Positions 17,993 through 64,000 of a stretch of DNA of 64,000 bases are shown here, piece after piece (positions within the stretch are counted from its first letter, which is position 1; each line of letters starts with the position of its first letter). The notes beneath the pieces are model-generated. The model searched no databases. It saw nothing but the letters and a program-made list of their open reading frames with translations, and was not told where the DNA came from. The DNA is from Lingula anatina (lineage: Eukaryota; Animalia; Brachiopoda): the NCBI GenBank assembly GCA_051362555.1, contig CM120641.1, forward strand, positions 46,444,401 to 46,508,400, read 5' to 3'. The position numbers and the translations under genes were made by a program.

Positions 17993-20212
17993 AAACAAAC
18001 GCACATGGTTTTCTTTGACGGCAGTTGTCAAAATCAACGCCTTGGTTTAACTTTAAGGCCTTACTCTAGCTACCATATAAACTTATACTTACCGACAAGT
18101 AGAGTAGAGCCCTACACTAAGGCAATCATAATATACTATCAGTCGGTGAATATGCATATATCCATCCTGTAAGTTGTAAAGTGAAAAACAGATACAAGAA
18201 ATCGTTTAATTAAATTAATATCAGTTACTTGAACCATTTCTTTCTTTGGCTGTCAAACATAAACTTAGAGAGTCATGGTTTGGTATATAAAAATTCATAT
18301 TTGAAGGCATTCGTATTCAGTTAATTAGAGTGTCTGATGTGATGCAATGTCATTTTGATGACTTCTTCACTATTTGGATTTCCAGAAAGCCCATTATTTC
18401 TAGGCCATTTAAGTGAATGTATCATATTTCCCTATCCATCAAATGAATAACACCAGCTACACAATGGAGATAATGCCACATATTATTTGGGATAACTTAT
18501 TTGTAGATATTCCATCTGCACCAATTAAGAGTGTCAATGATACTGCATAGATAATAGAATAATAAGGCACTGGACATAATTCACATATAATCAAAGGGGT
18601 AATCCCAAAAGTCCTTTATCTTGAAAATAACTGAAGTCTGGTCAACATCCATATTTGTGATTACTGTCCATTTAAATAAGCCTTTGTCTACTAATCTAAA
18701 TGACCACATTGCCGTGTGGTATTTTATGTCTCAAGGGACACTGGACAAGGTCTTGGTGTGAAAATGACCATTTGGACAAAGAAGTCATAATTATGAAAGC
18801 AATGGTATCTAACACCTCCAGTTTTTTGTCTTTATGATTTTAAAAAATAATTAGACATTGCTGACCAGTGGTTAAACTAGATAAATTCCCTTTGGAAATA
18901 ACCCTTCTGATATTCCCTTGCTGTGTGATAGGTTATCTTTAATTGAAAATGAAAAAAAAATAATAATAATAAAAATAAAAAAAGCATTGTTCAGAAGAAA
19001 AAATGTGCCAGACAGGTTATTTGCACATTAAGATAATGTTTCATATATTCTTTTGTTTGATTTTTCAATACTTGACTCGAGAAGAACAAGCTTACATAAA
19101 CTGTCATAACAATATGGAGAAATACACACATTTTACTGTTAAATATGTTAAAACAATGTCACTGTTGGCTGTTGCTATTAATTTAAACAAAATGCACATG
19201 GGTTTGAATCTTGAAGGAAATCAACAAATTGAAAAAAAATCTAGTTAGATAGTTTGAGACCTCACCAGTATTTTTCCAATCCATCTGAAGTTCTAATATA
19301 AGGCAACATCATGGTCCTCCTCCCCTTTCCCCTCTATCCTCAGTAGTATAATATGTATGTTGCAGTTGCTGAAATGTTATGGATATTTAGTGGATTCTTT
19401 TTGTGAAAAAAAATTCTGGAGGTAGGTGAAATTTTTACTTGTCCAAACCATGCTACCTGGATTACAAGATTTTTTTTTTTTTGACAATTTAAACATTTGC
19501 AAACTTTCACTGTTTGTGGCTTTCTCATTGGAATAAACAATGTATTATTCTAAATATCCCATTGTGACACAATAAAAATAAAAGGTGGCTAATATCATAA
19601 TTAGTTTATTTCGATGAAGTGTTTACTTCACTGAAACCACACACACTCAGTAAAAATGAGCCAAGGCATACATAAATATTTCAACATACATTTATTGTCA
19701 AGAAATAAAATGCAGTTCCAATACATTTTGAAGACTAAGTTGGCCACAAGTTTCACATATGTATCTTTAAATATCATATGCATTGAATTGAAGATTACGC
19801 AAAAGGACAAATGCATGAGGATTGAATGACATTCTCCAGTATTTAGCAACATCAATATGATGAATTTTTATGTTATTTTTAACAATCAGTAAAATTCATT
19901 GCAGCCCTTTTCTATTTTAATCAATATGTTGCCAATGTAATGATACCTTCCACTTATTTACGCATCTTCATATCCTGAAATTACACAATTTTACAAAGAA
20001 TCTAGTCACCCACGAACTGCTTTTGGTCATTTTACTAAGACTCTTCAGCAAACTGTGATTGCCTAGATTTAAGATGTTACTCTCACTACACTGGTAATAA
20101 TAGCCCATTTAGATATGTGAAATACATTTATTGAGGGCCAATCATTCTCAAAAACTCCTAGGATCCATATCACTACTCTAAATATAAAATAAGCTAAAAT
20201 TAGATATCTGAC

Positions 20213-20330
20213 TACCCTTAGCAAAATATCATGCCCGGTGAAAACTTCTCGCAAATTTGCTGCAAATGAGCAGCAATACAAATTTTTCTTGCAAACTCCT
20301 TGCTGCAAACTTGTCATTTTGCTAAGGGTA
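20213..20330. mobile_element. MITE-like element with perfect 15-bp inverted ends
   Basis: tacccttagcaaaat ... attttgctaagggta, with internal repeated gcaaa/tgctgcaaa motifs. Confidence 0.6.
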
Positions 20331-21171
20331 TGTAAAGTTGATTATGTCATCATCATCACGTAGATATCAGAAGTATTCACATAGTGAGGATGATGACAAA
20401 TTAGATTTGCTGTAGTTAACTTATTTTAGTAGTCAAAGCATAGAACAAGAACTTAGAAATTTTTGTGAAATAGGTCCACATATTGCACTACATAAAATTA
20501 TAATTATCCCATTGTTTGTTGAGAAATGGCACAATATTTTTCCCAGCTGGGGAAGAAAATTGTGACTTTATAAATTTTCAAAGGGATAAAGCAGATATCA
20601 GGAAAAATTTAAGACTACAATTCTTCTCAGTCTATAAAAGAGACTATAAGGGCATTATCTTTCATCAGTGCACACAGTGTTTTCTCCGAAATTACTCTCT
20701 CCTTAAAACTAAATTTAGTCTGTCCTTTAATCTTCCAGTCTTTTACACTGGTACTCGCACTTGGGATTCAAAATTTTCTGTCTCATCCCAAACCCATCTA
20801 AAATGCAAATGGACTATTTTCATCTGAAAGTACACAGTACATTAACCTGCAGTCATTCTTATATACTACATTCAGAATAAATAAATAATGTCTTACTGTA
20901 TGGTCCTGTATCTCAGCAACATGATGCCAAGAGCAGTGGTAAGAAAAAAAAAAAAAAAAAAAAAAAAAACACCTGCACAATATTGCAATGTCTTTAACAA
21001 AGGTTTACTCATTTTTCTTATTTGGTAATGATAGATATCCACACCATAATGTTATTATAGTTAGCTAAAATCTGAGGACAAAAGTGTCTTTATGTGCACC
21101 ATTCCCATTCTCCCTTGAAAAACTATAAAGGTGTAATATACACTTTTTATGTAGTTTAATTGATATTCTAG

Positions 21172-23377
21172 CTAACTGGATTTCTTTTTCATGAAAAATT
21201 TCCAGTATATGACTCCTGCTAGAATAGCCAGCTCCACTAGAATTATCACCACTAATATCATCTTGTTTGTCATCACCCTGAAAGAAAACGACATCAGTAA
21301 ATCAAGAATTCTTCAAAATAAATAAATCTAATTCTTTATCACCGAAAAACCTTTCATATTTTCAAATACACCATAATTGGGCTCTGTCTTAAATCAATAA
21401 AATCATATTCCTGAAAGAACTTTAAGTCTTTAATAATTATGTCTATAAATATGTCTTAGTGACTCCTACCTTCTTCCCATACTTTTCAGAATGCTTCTGC
21501 TTTTTGTTAAATTTTGTTGTGTATCAACAAGCTGTCAAGATAAAAGATATGATGATATTTAAAATTATAAAGAATGGAATCCAAATAAATAAATCATAAT
21601 GAAAAGCCACAAATTATTTTAACGATAAAATGAATGAGTCCTCCTTCAACAATAAATATGTTTTCTCCGCAAAATTTATATTTCTTTCATATAAACAAGG
21701 ATGTGGGTTACAATACAATGTACGTAGCGTGCACCAACCCATTTAATTAATCAACAATATAACACAATTACTCACCCTATCTCTTGTTCGAAGCAAAGCC
21801 TCTCTCTGATTGGCTAGCTCCCCCACAGTATCCTCTGCTATCTGGTCCGTCTCTGCAGCTATCCTGTGTGACCGAGCTATGCTCTCTGTGCCTCTTTGGA
21901 GGGATTCAGTGCCTTGTACTAGCTTGGCCCTCTGGGAGGCAGCCATTGCCTGTTCAACCCAAAGGTTCATATGGATTTTAATATATATGAAACTATGCTT
22001 TTGATATACAAGGAAAAAATAGATCTAAAACCACATTCAAAATAAGCTGATCCAGAGATCAAATATGGCTGACCCACTTGAAAGCTTGCTGTATAATCCC
22101 TAAAAGATACTATAGAATTCCATGGTGATTACGCAGTTGGGCCATATTTGATCCATGGATCTGTTCGTGTGCATATCAACTTTGGTTGCGAATGCTGCCT
22201 TACACTGGACTTAACAAGTAATAAAACAATTCTATTCCAACAAAAGTAGTCCATCTTTTACACATAACCAATTTTAATTTTTGGTAAAAATAGTTACTTT
22301 AAAAACTTCATCTAGTATGAAAACGTGTTGCAATTGATTTACATACATCTAATTCATTTCTGCCTCCAAAGTCATCTCTGCTTCCAAAACCACTGGTATT
22401 TCTTTTCTGGAATACAAATTACTTTTTGTATAATATATAATTATGAGACTACTATAGCAAGATTTAACATTGATAAACATTGGAATTAAATAGAATGTTG
22501 GTCAAATATTTCAATAAAAATCGTCATTTTGTCTGCAGTATGCCCAGATATATACGACACTTTGTAAAGTAAATTCTAGCATACCAGGTCCCTGGATAAC
22601 TGATCGAGGTTTCTCCTGTAGTTCCTCAGCCTTCCCATCATGTCTGTTCTGTATGATATGGGTGCCATCTTGGCCTCCCTTTCCATTTCTTGGAGCTGAA
22701 ATAAATTTTTAGCAAATCATATGAAAAAAAAAAGTTAAATATAATAACGATATCCCTGTACATGTACATGTATATATGTCAGTAATCATTCTGAAATAAC
22801 TCAGTTTTTAATTTTAGAGTAAGTTTGCATATATTAAGAAACAATCAATGGAGAATGTTTTTCACTTTTATGAAAACACCAAGTAGGTTTTTTCCTTGTT
22901 AACTGTAATTCAAAATTGTCAAAAATCATATATCTACCAAAAATCCCTAAACAATAAACTTAGTTACAAACCAAAACATTCTCATCTTCAAATCCTCTCT
23001 CCACTTCACGTATTAACCGTTTTCTTTCCTCTGGAAAGATAAATAAATAAAGTATATTTTAAGTCGACACTTTTATTTTATTTATTTATTTTAGTGGGGG
23101 TGGTATCCAGCATTGAGTCGTTATTTAACATTCAATACGCGTTTAATAGACTGGAAGCCTACAAGAAAATGCAACAATTAAAATTTCATGAAAACATCAC
23201 TGTCAGGCCATTGTAAAACTACTGTGAACAGAAAACTAAAGCAAAAATCAAAGGTAAACAAGACTCTTGATACATACCTCCTACACTCCGGCCAATTTTC
23301 TCTCCTACTTTTAGCCTTAGATCATCATATACTGTTTGAAACTCTTCTTCTGCACGTTCAAACTTTTCAGAAGACAT
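21172..23377 (-). CDS. VTI1B: Vesicle transport through interaction with t-SNAREs 1B (Qb-SNARE), 223 aa
   Basis: Seven exons: 23377-23278, 23030-22972, 22695-22585, 22406-22347, 21949-21776, 21531-21470 and 21277-21172, totalling 672 nt. The protein runs MSSEKFE...LQEMEREAKMAPISYRTDMMGRLRNYRR...QGTESLQRGTESIARSHRIAAETDQI... and ends in a transmembrane segment MILVVIILVELAILAGVIYW, then TAG. Confidence 0.93.
22049..22161. repeat. Inverted repeat (MITE-like) in VTI1B intron
   Basis: gatccagagatcaaatatggc (22049-22069) versus gccatatttgatccatggatc (22141-22161), 19/21 complementary. Confidence 0.7.
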
Positions 23378-23791
23378 TTTTGACAGTATATCTGATCACA
23401 GCATTATCACGATGGGATTTTTTAGAGTTACATAGATTTTGTCACATGAGCTGTCTTCTTAAAAACTCAAATCTGCTCTCCTAATTGTGAAGAGCTTCAA
23501 TTAATGTTATGACAGCCACATTTATTCACGAACAGACATAGTCTTTTCATTTTGCACATTTCTTTTAAACCAGCTCACCAAAATTTGACTATTAAAATGT
23601 TTGATGCGAGCAACGTTAGATTTTTTTGCATTTTTATTATTTTCTGGGTGGAGATTATCTTGCAACTCCCCGGATGTCAGCAGACCTCTCGCCATTTTCA
23701 GCGGTGAATCCATTGAGTGAGGAAGGCGGTACCGGTGCCCGCTTTCTATTGAAGATCCTCTGCTATTGCTGGACTGTCAGCCTCATTCACC
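23378..23791. promoter_or_regulatory. Compact bidirectional promoter/5'UTR region shared by VTI1B and dynein heavy chain
   Basis: The divergent ATGs are only 415 nt apart. The region is locally CpG-enriched, with a YY1-like CGCCATTTT at 23690-23698 and a second CCGCCATCTT at 24083-24092 in dynein intron 1. Confidence 0.65.
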
Positions 23792-63784
<39,993 letters not shown>

Positions 63785-64000
63785 GTAGATAAGTCAACAA
63801 TTTGAAATTGTGAAGCATGAGTGGAGGAGTAAAACTATTACTTTTCTCTTAAATTTTGATCACCTTAATTATTGAAATTGCCAGACTTCGCCAAACGTGT
63901 GGTTTAGATTACAGTAAGACTATTTAGAACTGGTTAATTTGTCCAAGTTACATGAAAATTTCAGTGAATATCAAAGAAAAAAATCCACTCCACAAAATTT

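Overview
This is AT-rich, intron-dense animal genomic DNA, probably from a lophotrochozoan invertebrate such as a mollusc (inference). It holds four spliced protein-coding genes: the 3' end of a TRIM9/TRIM67-like E3 ligase (+, FN3 and SPRY exons), a complete RNF216/TRIAD3-like RBR E3 ligase (-), a complete VTI1B SNARE (-), and cytoplasmic dynein-1 heavy chain (+). The dynein gene lies head-to-head with VTI1B, runs from its ATG at 23792 into AAA6, and continues past the window. The main finding is three tandem, intact, paralogous 196-nt exons (54382-54577, 55271-55466, 55867-56062). Each encodes helices H1-H4 of the dynein microtubule-binding domain, and only inclusion of exactly one keeps the frame, implying mutually exclusive splicing that swaps the motor's microtubule-binding surface. 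The same gene also has a 5x66-nt in-frame duplication of an AAA3 exon end with five donors and other splice-junction duplications. The window also contains two GC-AG introns, several MITE-like elements, and a palindromic ETS/TCTCGCGAGA element upstream of RNF216. Exon boundaries were read by eye and no expression data are available.
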